NCBI GenBank assembly: GCA_030017835.1
Contig: JASEGU010000002.1
Location: forward strand, 29,248 to 93,247
Origin: Actinomycetota bacterium
Lineage (GTDB): Bacteria > Actinomycetota > Aquicultoria > UBA3085 > Oleimmundimicrobiaceae
Reading direction: 5' to 3'
Length of the DNA stretch: 64,000 nt
The position numbers were made by a program, and so were the translations under genes. Positions within the stretch are counted from its first letter, which is position 1. Each line of letters opens with the position of its first letter. Positions 51,341 to 61,797 of the stretch are shown piece after piece. The notes beneath the pieces are model-generated. The model was not told the DNA's origin. It saw only the letters and a list, made by a program, of their open reading frames with translations, and did no database searches.

Positions 51341-52411
51341 TCATTCGTTCTTCTTCAAAAAATTGGGAATGTCTAGATCGTCAGACATGTCGATGCCGGT
51401 CGGTTCAAAGGTTGGTGGCGCCTCGGTCTCCATAGTGAACTCCATCTTCTCTTGATGACGCTTGCGATCGAATCCCGTCGCAATGACCGTGACCCTGACG
51501 CTATCCTCTAGGCTGTCGTCTATTATGGCCCCGAAGATTATGGTCGAATCGGGATGAGCCGCTGAGGTGATGACCTCCGCAGCCTCGTTCACCTCAAACA
51601 ACCCAAGATCTCGTCCGCCGGAGATGTTGAGGAGGACGCCGCGTGCACCCTCGATAGAGACGTCGAGAAGCGGGCTTGACATCGCCGCCTTTGCGGCTTC
51701 CGCCGCCCGATTTTCTCCGGATGCTTCACCGATACCCATGAGGGACGATCCGGCCCCGGCCATGATTGTTCTGACGTCAGCAAAATCGAGATTGATTAGG
51801 CCGGGCATGGTTATGAGATCCGTAATTCCCTGAACGCCTTGGCGCAGAACATCATCGGCCACCCTGAAGGCATCCAATATCGAGGTCTTTCTCTCGACCA
51901 CCTGAAGGAGCTTATCGTTGGGGATAACTATCAAAGTATCGACCTTATCCCTTATCTTATCTATGCCCTCATTCGCTTGCAGGGCCCTTCTTCTGCCCTC
52001 AAAGCCAAAAGGTCTGGTTACTATGGCAACCGTTAGCGCCCCCATCTCTTTTGCTATCTCAGCGATGGTCGGGGCCGCTCCAGTGCCGGTACCGCCACCT
52101 TTGCCCGCCGTGATGAAGACCATATCGGCCCCATCCAGGGCCTCTTTGATCGCTTCACGGCTCTCCTCGGCCGCCTGATAGCCGATCTCGGGATCGGCCC
52201 CAGCCCCAAGTCCCCTGGTAAGCTTCTCGCCTATATGGACCTTGTAATCGGCATCCGACATCAATAAGGCTTGGGAATCGGTATTTATGGCTATGAATTC
52301 AACGCCTTTTATGCCGGCCTCTATCATCCTGTTGACAGCATTTGTCCCGCCGCCACCGACGCCAACTACCTTTATGAGAGCCAGGTAATTTTTACCCGTG
52401 TTTATAGGCAT
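51341..52411 (-). CDS. ftsZ: Cell division GTPase FtsZ
   Basis: The tubulin signature GGGTGTG and the T7 loop. Confidence 0.95.
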   Translation of the reverse strand: MPINTGKNYLALIKVVGVGGGGTNAVNRMIEAGIKGVEFIAINTDSQALLMSDADYKVHIGEKLTRGLGAGADPEIGYQAAEESREAIKEALDGADMVFITAGKGGGTGTGAAPTIAEIAKEMGALTVAIVTRPFGFEGRRRALQANEGIDKIRDKVDTLIVIPNDKLLQVVERKTSILDAFRVADDVLRQGVQGITDLITMPGLINLDFADVRTIMAGAGSSLMGIGEASGENRAAEAAKAAMSSPLLDVSIEGARGVLLNISGGRDLGLFEVNEAAEVITSAAHPDSTIIFGAIIDDSLEDSVRVTVIATGFDRKRHQEKMEFTMETEAPPTFEPTGIDMSDDLDIPNFLKKNE

Positions 52412-52534
52412 AAATCTTCCCCCTAAGATGCCTTTAACTTTAAGGCTTCATCTCTACTTGAGTCTCTGCCGTTGAAACTAATCAAAAAACTATATTAACT
52501 ATAAATTAATATCAATCAATTTTGAAGGACTTAC

Positions 52535-53338
52535 TTAAAAGGACTCCTCCAGGTATTTAACCGCCGGATTGGATGGCACCCGAACGTCTATGTAACATAC
52601 CGGTTTACCGCTATCCATTATCTCCTTGATTACAGAATTCTTTATCTCAGTCTTTTCGGCTTTACCGTATCTCACATCGATCTGATTCGTCTGGCCAGTC
52701 TTATCTAATGCCTGGATAGTGATTTCAAGATCATTCACAGTGGGTGCGCTAAGAGAGGTCACTGAGGATTTAAGCTCCTTATCAAGACTCTTTAGGCAGA
52801 GCATCGCATTTTTCAGCTCTTCCTTTTCGATCTTTTCGCCGAGTTTTATTTGGCTAAGATCGATGTCGAAGATGAAGGGAAGAGCTTGATCATCAACGGT
52901 CTCTTTTATCTCCAGAGCCACAAGTTCGTCGTCTATGAACAGATAGTCCGGATCGAAGGGGATGACGGCAACAGCCTCTCTTTGGGTAACTACTATCCTA
53001 ACGGTACTTGGAAAATCTCTATCTATCTTGACCTCTTTGACCCATGATACTTTGGCTAGATTCGATTTTATCTCATCGATATCCAGTTTCATCAAGGTAT
53101 CGCTCTCTGTAATTCCGCTAAGCTTGACTATCTCTTCCCTTGAAACCTTCTCGCTCCCTTCTACCACGACTTTTTTGACGATAAAGTACGGGGAGTTATA
53201 TATCCAGGAACCGATAATTACAACCACCGCCGCTGCCGCAATCAGTATAAGAAGGGCCATCCGCCTGCGCCTTCTTATCATCTTTATCTTGGCATCCCTC
53301 ATCATTGCCCTATCTCTAACCGATTTCTTTTCAGCCAT
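52535..53338 (-). CDS. ftsQ: Cell division protein FtsQ/DivIB (POTRA); start taken at the internal Met of MAEKKSVRDR
   Basis: A basic cytoplasmic N-terminus, a single TM helix, a POTRA domain and a position between murB and ftsZ. Confidence 0.7.
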   Translation of the reverse strand: MAEKKSVRDRAMMRDAKIKMIRRRRRMALLILIAAAAVVVIIGSWIYNSPYFIVKKVVVEGSEKVSREEIVKLSGITESDTLMKLDIDEIKSNLAKVSWVKEVKIDRDFPSTVRIVVTQREAVAVIPFDPDYLFIDDELVALEIKETVDDQALPFIFDIDLSQIKLGEKIEKEELKNAMLCLKSLDKELKSSVTSLSAPTVNDLEITIQALDKTGQTNQIDVRYGKAEKTEIKNSVIKEIMDSGKPVCYIDVRVPSNPAVKYLEESF

Positions 53339-54287
53339 TCTCAAAGTCCCCCAACAAAATAATCTCCGTCTCAAGCAGGACGCCCTTCTCTCTGTAGACC
53401 TGACTCTTTATCAGGTCGATAAGAGCGCACACGTCGCTCGCCTTAGCATTTCCTAAATTTACAATAAAATTGGCGTGTTTGATAGATACCGCTGCATCAC
53501 CGATCCTTGTTCCCTTGAGCCCTACCTCATCGATGAGTCGCCCGGCAGAAACGCCCGATGTGTTCTTGAAGACGCTTCCGGCGCTCGGATATTCGAAGGG
53601 CTGAGTCTCCTTCCTCTTTTTGAAGTATCTCTCCATAAGAAGTCTTATGCGGCCCCGATCTCCAGACTCGAGTTTCAATAGAACCTCAAGAACTATGCCA
53701 ATCTTGGGCAGAAGACTGGAGCGATAGGAGAATCCAAGATCGCAGCCGTTCATGACCTTCAATTCACAATCGGGAGTGTAAATGGTCGCGTTAGCAACGA
53801 CATCGGACATCGAACCATCATGCGCCCCAGCGTTCATGACAAGAGCCCCTCCCAGGCTTCCTGGTATCCCGACGGCAAAAGCGAAGTTGCTTAAGGAGTT
53901 CTTCCAGGCCAGTTGGGCTATAGTGGCAAGCGTATTTGCCGCACCCGCTTGGATATAGTTGCCATCGACAGTCAACCTTTTGAAATCTCTGCCGAGTTCA
54001 ATAACGATTCCCTTATAACCTGCGTCTGAAATCAAAAGATTGGAACCTCTGCCAAGGACAAAATGGGGCAACTCATGCTCTTTGGCTATGCTGATAATTG
54101 ACCGTAAATCTGTCAGAGAGTTTGCGATCGCGTAGATGGAGGCGGGGCCGCCCGTCTTGAAGGTAAGGCGCTTGGCCATGGAAACGTTTTTAAAGACCAG
54201 GCCCTCAAGAGCCCGTCTAAGTTGATTGTAGGCTTTATCTGTCCGCTGGTCTTTTCCCAGTCTGAATTCAAAAAGAGACTTGTTCAA
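53331..54287 (-). CDS. murB: UDP-N-acetylenolpyruvoylglucosamine reductase
   Basis: An FAD-binding PCMH domain and the MurB C-terminal domain. Confidence 0.9.
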   Translation of the reverse strand: MNKSLFEFRLGKDQRTDKAYNQLRRALEGLVFKNVSMAKRLTFKTGGPASIYAIANSLTDLRSIISIAKEHELPHFVLGRGSNLLISDAGYKGIVIELGRDFKRLTVDGNYIQAGAANTLATIAQLAWKNSLSNFAFAVGIPGSLGGALVMNAGAHDGSMSDVVANATIYTPDCELKVMNGCDLGFSYRSSLLPKIGIVLEVLLKLESGDRGRIRLLMERYFKKRKETQPFEYPSAGSVFKNTSGVSAGRLIDEVGLKGTRIGDAAVSIKHANFIVNLGNAKASDVCALIDLIKSQVYREKGVLLETEIILLGDFENG

Positions 54288-55672
54288 CTCGTGCTTCCAA
54301 TCATATCTTCTCCAACCGTATGGATATCGCCGGCGCCCATGGTTATCACCAGATCTCCGTCGGCCAGGATACCTCCTAGAAACTCTTTTACCTCGCCTTT
54401 AGTCGGCAAATAGATTACGCTACAACTTGGATCTTTCTCCCTTATGGCATCCACTATAAGCTTGCCGGTCACCCCGGGCTCAGGCGCCTCTCCGGCTCCG
54501 TATACATCGGTTATTATTATTTTATCAGCATGACCAAATGCCTCGCCAAAGAGACTGCACAGTGATTTTGTCCGGGAATATCTGTGAGGCTGAAAGATGC
54601 AAAGAATCCTCTTCCAATCGCCGCCTCTAGCGGCTTTGAGAGTCGCCGTGATCTCGGTCGGGTGATGGGCGTAGTCGTCAATGAAGGTGGCCCCATTCAT
54701 TGCGCCCAAACGTTGAAACCTTCTCTTGACCCCAGAGAAGCTCGAAAGCCCACGGGAAATATCTTTGCCTGACACGCCAGAGAGCCGGGCAACGGCCGTC
54801 GCCGCAAGTGAGTTTAGAATATTGTGAACTCCAGGCACGTTAAGCTCAATTTCAAGTACATCCCCGTTATGTTCTAATTTAAATCTGCTCCCAAATGAAC
54901 TTAAATCTATCTCGGTTGCCCGAAAATCGCATCCCTCGCTCAAACCATAGCTTTGAATGTTCAGTCTTTTGGAACCAGCCTTAAGGTTTTCAATGAGCTC
55001 CTTGCTTGCCGAATGATCCTTGAAGATAACCAGGTCTCCACCTTCGGAGATCAAGGAGGCAAAGTCCAAAAACGTCTCCTTTATCTCACTCAAAGAGGCG
55101 TAATGATCGAGATGATCCTCTTCGATGTTAGTGATCACTCCAATGTTTGGTCGTAAAAAGAGGAAAGAGGCGTCACTTTCGTCAGCTTCGGTGATGAAGT
55201 GTGGCCCGTCTCCAGACTTTGCATTGCTCCCGATATCATTCAATTCGCCGCCTATCAGGAAGGTCGGGTCGAGTCGGGCGCTTTCGAATATCATCGAGAT
55301 CATCGAGGTGGTTGTGGTCTTGCCATGAGTTCCGGAGACTGCGATATTGATCATGCCCTCTGAAAGCTTTGCGATCATTTCTGCACGCTTAAGGATGGTC
55401 AGACCGGTTTCTGCGGCCCTTATGAGCTCGACGTTCTTCTCCTTAATGGCCGATGATATGACAACGGTATCGGCGCCGTCGATGTTTTCGGATGCGTGAC
55501 CGATCTTTATGTCAGCCCCAAGACCCTTAAGGACGGCGATGTTGGATGAATCTTTTATGTCGGAGCCTGAAACGGCGAAGCCTCTGGCGAGGAGAACCTT
55601 GGCTATCCCGCTCATGCCGGCGCCGCCTATCCCTATGAAATGGACCTTTTTAAAAGAGGCATCTTTTGACAT
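54284..55672 (-). CDS. murC: UDP-N-acetylmuramate--L-alanine ligase
   Basis: The Mur ligase P-loop GTHGKTTTT and N-terminal HFIGIGGAGMSG. Confidence 0.9.
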   Translation of the reverse strand: MSKDASFKKVHFIGIGGAGMSGIAKVLLARGFAVSGSDIKDSSNIAVLKGLGADIKIGHASENIDGADTVVISSAIKEKNVELIRAAETGLTILKRAEMIAKLSEGMINIAVSGTHGKTTTTSMISMIFESARLDPTFLIGGELNDIGSNAKSGDGPHFITEADESDASFLFLRPNIGVITNIEEDHLDHYASLSEIKETFLDFASLISEGGDLVIFKDHSASKELIENLKAGSKRLNIQSYGLSEGCDFRATEIDLSSFGSRFKLEHNGDVLEIELNVPGVHNILNSLAATAVARLSGVSGKDISRGLSSFSGVKRRFQRLGAMNGATFIDDYAHHPTEITATLKAARGGDWKRILCIFQPHRYSRTKSLCSLFGEAFGHADKIIITDVYGAGEAPEPGVTGKLIVDAIREKDPSCSVIYLPTKGEVKEFLGGILADGDLVITMGAGDIHTVGEDMIGSTS

Positions 55673-55677
55673 AAGAC

Positions 55678-56805
55678 CTATCTCACCTTTGAGTTGGAGC
55701 CGCCAAACTCGAGCATTAGATCGGCTATCTTTTTGTCGGCATCCGAAATCGCCAAAAAAGCGGCTCTTTGCCCCATCTCCGAAAGAGCCCGCTTGTTAAA
55801 GATGAGCTCATTTACTGCCTTAAAAAGTGAGCTGCCCGTAAGATCGGAGTCCATTATAACCCTAGCTGCACCGCCGGATTCGAGAAACCTTGCATTTGCC
55901 AATTGATGATCCATGACAGCAAAGGGATAGGGGACAAGTATCGAAGGCAGACCGACCGCCATAAGTTCGGCAATCGTAGTAGCGCCCGCCCTGCAGACCA
56001 CCAAGTCGGCTATGGCATAAAGCTTTTCAATTTCATCCGAGTATGGAAATAGCCTATATTGTAACCCATCGACCTCTTTTAGGGCTAATTCATATGCTTG
56101 CGAGATCTCTTCAAAGGAAGCCTTCCCGGTCAAATGGACCAGCTGAAAACCATCAAGGCTAGAAAATTCTTTTAGGGCCAAAAGCACCGCCTCGTTTATC
56201 CTCTTTGCCCCTTGACTGCCCCCAAATATTAGAAGCGTCTTCTTTTTGGGGCTTAGACCATACTGCTCATAGATTGCGCCCTTATTAAGGTCACTTGAGA
56301 GCGATATGGCTTCCCTGACCGGATTACCCGTGACCAGAGCCCTCCCTAGGCTTGCTCCTTCCGTCTTTGGGAAGGAGATTAGAATGATTTTTGCAAATCT
56401 TAAGAGGAGACGGTTTGCCCGGCCCAAGACCGAATTCTGTTCGTGTAAAATTACCGGGCGCCCAAGGATCACGGCGGCAAATATGGCTGGAAAGCTTACA
56501 TACCCGCCGGTCCCCAAGACCACGTCTGGCTTTATTTTGATGATCAATCTCATTGAGTCGATAACTGAAATGAACAGGTTATAAGCTGACTTTAGGTTCT
56601 TAAGCGAAGGGCGCCTGTTGAAGCTCGTGACCTTGAGCGGAAAAAAAACGAGTTCCGCTCGGCTGGTGAGTTCTGCCTCCGGTCCTTTGCGACCGCCGAT
56701 AAAATAAATTTGCGCCTCTGGGTCCATCTCTTTAAGTTTTTTTGCGGCGGCAAGGCCGGGATAGACGTGACCGGCCGTGCCGCCGCCGGTTATTAGCACC
56801 CTCAA
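55678..56805 (-). CDS. murG: UDP-GlcNAc:undecaprenyl-PP-MurNAc-pentapeptide GlcNAc transferase
   Basis: The GT28 fold (ITGGGTAGHVYPGLA). Confidence 0.9.
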   Translation of the reverse strand: MRVLITGGGTAGHVYPGLAAAKKLKEMDPEAQIYFIGGRKGPEAELTSRAELVFFPLKVTSFNRRPSLKNLKSAYNLFISVIDSMRLIIKIKPDVVLGTGGYVSFPAIFAAVILGRPVILHEQNSVLGRANRLLLRFAKIILISFPKTEGASLGRALVTGNPVREAISLSSDLNKGAIYEQYGLSPKKKTLLIFGGSQGAKRINEAVLLALKEFSSLDGFQLVHLTGKASFEEISQAYELALKEVDGLQYRLFPYSDEIEKLYAIADLVVCRAGATTIAELMAVGLPSILVPYPFAVMDHQLANARFLESGGAARVIMDSDLTGSSLFKAVNELIFNKRALSEMGQRAAFLAISDADKKIADLMLEFGGSNSKVR

Positions 56806-57935
56806 GCCCTGCTTGCCGTCCTTCTTGTATTCCTAAGATTCAAAGAGCCGGCGATATTTAAAATTATTCCCACAAAGCTTAAGTTCATTATTATCGATGT
56901 CCCTCCGTAACTTAAAAATGGAAGGGGCACTCCGGTTATCGGCATGACTCCGGTCACTCCGCCCATATTTACCAGGGCCTGGACTGCTATCAAAGAGGCT
57001 AGGCCCGCCCCCAAAAGACGAGAATAATTATCCCTCGATTTCAAGGCTATTATCAAGCCCGAAATAGTAAGTACCAGAAAAAGCGAGACAACAAAGACGG
57101 TTCCGATCAAACCGAGTTCCTCACCAATAATTGCGAAAATGAAATCGGTATGAGCTTCGGGCAGGTAGGAGAACTTTTGTCTGCTCATGCCGAGTCCTAC
57201 CCCCATGATAGAGCCGGTACCAAAGGCAAGTAACGATTGAATCAGGTGGAATCCTTTGTCGAGCGGGTCCTTCCAGGGATCCAAAAATCCCATTAGCCTC
57301 TCCACCCGGTAAGGTTCGACGGCGATTGAGATACCTATTACAAGCAGACCGAGACCACCAAGACCAAGAAGGTTCCTAAAGCTCACTCCCTCCAAAAATA
57401 TGAGGAGAAACACGGAGAGGGAGATTATCAAAAAGGTCCCTAGATGAGGCTGTACCAATATGAGGCCAATCAGTATGGCCACCGGCAGGAGGATGAGCAG
57501 CAGTTCTTGGAATCTCTTCTTTTTCAAGTTATTCCTTGTAAATATATCGGCGCAATATATCACCACGGCAAGTTTGGCGACCTCGGAAGGTTGAAAATTG
57601 AATGATTTTATCGAAATCCAGCGGCTGGCTCCTCCTCCAGACATACCGACCCCTGGCACAAGAACCATCACCAAAAGCGCAAGCGAGATGAGATAGATGA
57701 AGAGGTTTAGTTTTCGCAAGATCTTATTGTCTATGTAAGAGAAGAAGGTCATGGCCAAAAGGCCAATAAATATCGATATGAGTTGGTGCTTGAAGTAGTA
57801 GTAACTGTCACCCTTTTTGCTGAATGCCACAACCGAGCTCGCGTTCAAGACCATCACCGCCCCGATGAAGAGGAGGATCAAAGTGCTGCCGAGAACCAAC
57901 CAAGTTAGAGTCGTCTTAGCTCCTCTTTTGGCCAT
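56802..57935 (-). CDS. ftsW: SEDS-family peptidoglycan polymerase FtsW (start at the internal Met of MAKRGAKT)
   Basis: The FtsW/RodA polytopic fold and a position in the dcw cluster between murD and murG. Confidence 0.85.
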   Translation of the reverse strand: MAKRGAKTTLTWLVLGSTLILLFIGAVMVLNASSVVAFSKKGDSYYYFKHQLISIFIGLLAMTFFSYIDNKILRKLNLFIYLISLALLVMVLVPGVGMSGGGASRWISIKSFNFQPSEVAKLAVVIYCADIFTRNNLKKKRFQELLLILLPVAILIGLILVQPHLGTFLIISLSVFLLIFLEGVSFRNLLGLGGLGLLVIGISIAVEPYRVERLMGFLDPWKDPLDKGFHLIQSLLAFGTGSIMGVGLGMSRQKFSYLPEAHTDFIFAIIGEELGLIGTVFVVSLFLVLTISGLIIALKSRDNYSRLLGAGLASLIAVQALVNMGGVTGVMPITGVPLPFLSYGGTSIIMNLSFVGIILNIAGSLNLRNTRRTASRA

Positions 57936-59301
57936 TTTCGTACTCTTCCTTGGCTCGAGCGAAGGCTTTTTTAAAGCGCTCCCCTTTCTCTTTGTAGTTT
58001 GAAAACATATCGAAACTTGCGCAGGCCGGAGATAGGAGCACCGCATCATTTGGACCGGCTGCGTTTAGCGCAAGGGATACGGCTTCTTCAAGATCGCGGG
58101 CAAAGAGCCCCTTAATCCCGACATCATTAAATGAGGCAGCAAGCTCGCTTGCGGACTCACCGATCAAGATCAAGGATTTGACCTTACCTTTGGCCTCGTT
58201 TGCCAGAGAGTCGAACTTATTACCCTTATTCCTTCCTCCCGCAATCAGGATTACCGGACCCTCGAAGGCCGTCAGCGCCTTTATGACGGCGTCCGGATTG
58301 GTCGCCTTGGAGTCATCATAGAAGCCGACGTCCTGGATGCTGCCGACATATTCGACGCGGTGCTTAAGACCGGCAAAGTCGAGAAGGACATCTCTTGCTC
58401 GATTTAAGGGTACGCCGCCCAAGATAGCGGCCGAGACGGCCGCCATCGCGTTGTCCAGATTATGATCACCCTTTATCTTAAGATCGGAAATCGAGCAGAC
58501 CTCCTGCTCTCCCGCCTCATCCTTAAAGATTATCTTGCCATTTTTCAAAAAGGCGCCCCGATCCAATATCTCCCGCTTGCTGGTTGGAAAGACCCGACTC
58601 CTAATGGCCCTGGAGAAACTTGATACATTTGGGTCATCGATGTTTAAAATCGCATGATCCAACTCTGTCTGATTTTCAAAAATCCTTCCCTTGGCCTTGG
58701 AGTACTCATCAAAACTATTGTATCTATCGAGGTGGTCGTCAGTAATATTTAGGAGGATTGCGATATCGGCCTTGAAGTCTCTTATGTTTTCAAGTTGATA
58801 GCTGCTGAGCTCAACCACGAACTTGGTATCTTCAGCCTCGTTTCCGACCGCTGTGATCAGAGGCGGTCCAATGTTGCCGGCTACTTTGGTTGGAAAAGTG
58901 CTCTTATACATCTCGCCGATCAGTGTAGTTGTTGTCGTCTTGCCGTTCGTTCCGGTGATGGCAACGATGAATCCTTTCTCCGTGCCCAGCCTGTAGGCGA
59001 GTTCGATCTCGCTCATGATCTCGATCGAGCGAGCGTAGGCCTTTTTCAGGAGCGGTATATCGCTAGGGACACTTGGACTTATGACCACCATATCCACCTC
59101 TTCAAGCAGTTCTTCGCCCTGAGATCCAAGGTGGCACTCCATCGATAAGCTCATAAGTTCTTCGGCTCTTTCCTGAACCGCCTTTGAAGTGGAGCTATCG
59201 CTTATCAAGACCTTGGCGCCCTTACCGCTTAGAGCCTTGGCTGATGCGACTCCACTATCAGCCATCCCTAGGATCAGGATCTTTTTTCCTTTTATATCCA
59301 T
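57916..59301 (-). CDS. murD: UDP-N-acetylmuramoylalanine--D-glutamate ligase
   Basis: The Mur ligase P-loop GTNGKTTTT. Confidence 0.9.
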   Translation of the reverse strand: MDIKGKKILILGMADSGVASAKALSGKGAKVLISDSSTSKAVQERAEELMSLSMECHLGSQGEELLEEVDMVVISPSVPSDIPLLKKAYARSIEIMSEIELAYRLGTEKGFIVAITGTNGKTTTTTLIGEMYKSTFPTKVAGNIGPPLITAVGNEAEDTKFVVELSSYQLENIRDFKADIAILLNITDDHLDRYNSFDEYSKAKGRIFENQTELDHAILNIDDPNVSSFSRAIRSRVFPTSKREILDRGAFLKNGKIIFKDEAGEQEVCSISDLKIKGDHNLDNAMAAVSAAILGGVPLNRARDVLLDFAGLKHRVEYVGSIQDVGFYDDSKATNPDAVIKALTAFEGPVILIAGGRNKGNKFDSLANEAKGKVKSLILIGESASELAASFNDVGIKGLFARDLEEAVSLALNAAGPNDAVLLSPACASFDMFSNYKEKGERFKKAFARAKEEYENGQKRS

Positions 59302-59327
59302 ACTGTCAGTTGCTACCCTCTTTTAAT

Positions 59328-60389
59328 CTAGACGCCCGTCATGAAATAGAATGAGAAACCGGCGCCGGCCAAAATTCCCGTAACTATCCAGAACCTAATC
59401 ATTATCTTGGTTTCGGACCAGCCGATCATTTCGAAGTGATGATGGATGGGAGCCATCTTGAAGATGCGCTTTTTGAAGAAACGGAAGGTGAAGACCTGAA
59501 GGATCACTGAGAGGCCCTCAATTAAATAGATGCCGCCAATCGCAGGCAGTAAGAGCTCTGTTTTGGTAAGGATTGCCATGGCCGCAATGGCCGCGCCCAG
59601 GCTGAAGGATCCCGTATCTCCCATGAAGATGTCAGCCGGATAAGCATTATACCAGAGAAATCCGATGCAGGCACCGCTTATGGCGGCGCAGAGTATCGCA
59701 AGGTTCAAGTTGTTTTGACGAAAGACAATGGCCGCGTAGGCCAAGATGACTATGGTGGCGGTCCCTGCCGCAAGCCCGTCTAGGCCGTCGGTCAAATTCA
59801 CCGTGTTGGTGGTCCCAGAGATCACTAGAAATAGGAGGAGAAGAAAGAGCCAGGGGATGGTTATCGCTATCCCAAAAAGTTTGAAACTTGACGAGAGAGG
59901 GGCAAGCGAGATGCTGATGCCGGTGAGAGGCAGGTCAATCATCGTAGAGATATTCAAGAAATTTACCACATAGACGCCGAATATGACCGTTATGGCGAAG
60001 AGAGAGAGCATCTTTACTTTTGCCGTAATCCCTAAGGTCCTCGTCTTGAGGACCTTCAGATAATCGTCTATGAAACCGATGAGCCCGCAGGACAGGATGA
60101 GAAAGATAGCCGCGCCAGTTATGCGGCTGAGAGAGGACATGGTGAAAAAGGAGATTAAGATGCCGAGCAGGATGGCCAGGCCGCCCATTGTCGGAGTTCC
60201 GCTCTTTGCGAGATGTTTTTCGGGGCCATCGCTCCTTATTACCTGGCCTATTTTTCTACTCCTGAAGAGTTTGGCATGGATAGGCGTTATCGCCCCAACT
60301 ATAAGCATGGAAAGGACCATGGTAATAAAGATCTGATAAGTCGGAAATCTTTCAATATTGAAGATATTGGAGATTATTTTAATCAACAC
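59328..60389 (-). CDS. mraY: Phospho-N-acetylmuramoyl-pentapeptide transferase
   Basis: MraY motifs (PTMGG, NLTDGLDGLA, IFMGDTGS). Confidence 0.9.
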   Translation of the reverse strand: MLIKIISNIFNIERFPTYQIFITMVLSMLIVGAITPIHAKLFRSRKIGQVIRSDGPEKHLAKSGTPTMGGLAILLGILISFFTMSSLSRITGAAIFLILSCGLIGFIDDYLKVLKTRTLGITAKVKMLSLFAITVIFGVYVVNFLNISTMIDLPLTGISISLAPLSSSFKLFGIAITIPWLFLLLLFLVISGTTNTVNLTDGLDGLAAGTATIVILAYAAIVFRQNNLNLAILCAAISGACIGFLWYNAYPADIFMGDTGSFSLGAAIAAMAILTKTELLLPAIGGIYLIEGLSVILQVFTFRFFKKRIFKMAPIHHHFEMIGWSETKIMIRFWIVTGILAGAGFSFYFMTGV

Positions 60390-60396
60390 TTGTGCC

Positions 60397-61797
60397 TCAC
60401 GATATGGCCTCTATAAGTCTCTCCAGCCTCATGATTCTGGAGGCCTTAAATAAAACGACATCTCCCTGCTCGAGTTCGTCTTCGATAATCTTTTTGGCAT
60501 CGGGTATTTCTTTGCTATAAAAGACGGCCTTCTCATCCATGCCCGCTTCTAAGGCGCCCCTTGCAATCAGAGCGGCCATGTCGCCAACCGCAATCAAAAT
60601 GTCTATGCCCTTCTCTTTCACGCTTCTCCCAACTTCAAGATGAGACTTCTCGGCTATCTCGCCAAGCTCAGCCATGTCGCCTAGGACGGCTATTTTACAA
60701 CCCTTTGTTGGAAAATCTGCCAAAGATTCCAAGGCCGATATCATCGAGTCTGGGTTTGCGTTATAGGCATCGTTTATCACGGTTATGCCATTTTCAGACC
60801 CTATCAACTCCATCCTCATACTCGAGATGGAGGATGTTTCAAGACCTTCTTTAACCTCATCGAGACTTAGGCCCAACCAGAGCGCCACCCCCGCCGCTGC
60901 CAAAGCATTGTAGGCATTCTGTTTGCCTGAAAGAGGCATATCTACCTCAGCGGAGGAACCCTGATAGAAGAGGCGGACTCTAGAATGGTTTGGAGCCGAG
61001 ATGCTTAAGATCTCGCCAAAGACGTCCGCTCCCTTTGAAAAGCCATAGGTTATCAGCTTTGACTTCGTCATAGCCCTTAAGGTCGGAGTCCACTTATCAT
61101 CATAATTTAAGATGACTGCCCCATCTCGCTGAACGCACCTTACCAGCTCCGATTTTGCCTCGGCGATGGCCCTTTCAGAACCGAGCAAAGCGTAATGGGC
61201 TCGCCCAATATTCGTTATAACCCCTACGGTAGGCTTGGCAATCTTACAGAGTTCGCTTATCTGCCCCATGCCACGCATGCCCATCTCCAAGATCATTATC
61301 TCGGTTGACCGCTTGGCCCTTAAAATATTTAGTGGAAGACCGACTTCGTTATTGTAGTTGGCTTTGGAGCTCAAAACATCATATTTGGCTTCTAGGATAG
61401 AAGTGAGTAAATCTTTGGTTGTAGTCTTTCCACTACTTCCGGTTATGGCAACTACGTGGCATTTCAGTTCATCTCTAACGAGTCTAGCCAGAAGTTGGAG
61501 GCTTTTAAGCGTGTCGGGGACGGCCAGGGCCAAGATATCCTGCTTCGTCTCCTTCAATATGCAATCGATCTCTTCGGTCATGGTGTCAAAGAAAAAACCG
61601 CTTGCGCCCTTGGATATCGCATCTTTGATAAATATGTGGCCGTCAAAATTCTCGCCACGCAGGGGTATATAAATGTCGCCTCTTTTCAAGCTTCTAGTGT
61701 CGGTCGAGACGGAATCTATGGATAAATTTGGGCTTCCCCTGTAGACCATCATGGAGGGCTCGGCTTTAATGAGGGTTTTGAGTTTGATCTCTATCAT
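60397..61797 (-). CDS. murF: UDP-MurNAc-tripeptide--D-alanyl-D-alanine ligase
   Basis: The Mur ligase P-loop GSSGKTTTK. Confidence 0.9.
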   Translation of the reverse strand: MIEIKLKTLIKAEPSMMVYRGSPNLSIDSVSTDTRSLKRGDIYIPLRGENFDGHIFIKDAISKGASGFFFDTMTEEIDCILKETKQDILALAVPDTLKSLQLLARLVRDELKCHVVAITGSSGKTTTKDLLTSILEAKYDVLSSKANYNNEVGLPLNILRAKRSTEIMILEMGMRGMGQISELCKIAKPTVGVITNIGRAHYALLGSERAIAEAKSELVRCVQRDGAVILNYDDKWTPTLRAMTKSKLITYGFSKGADVFGEILSISAPNHSRVRLFYQGSSAEVDMPLSGKQNAYNALAAAGVALWLGLSLDEVKEGLETSSISSMRMELIGSENGITVINDAYNANPDSMISALESLADFPTKGCKIAVLGDMAELGEIAEKSHLEVGRSVKEKGIDILIAVGDMAALIARGALEAGMDEKAVFYSKEIPDAKKIIEDELEQGDVVLFKASRIMRLERLIEAIS

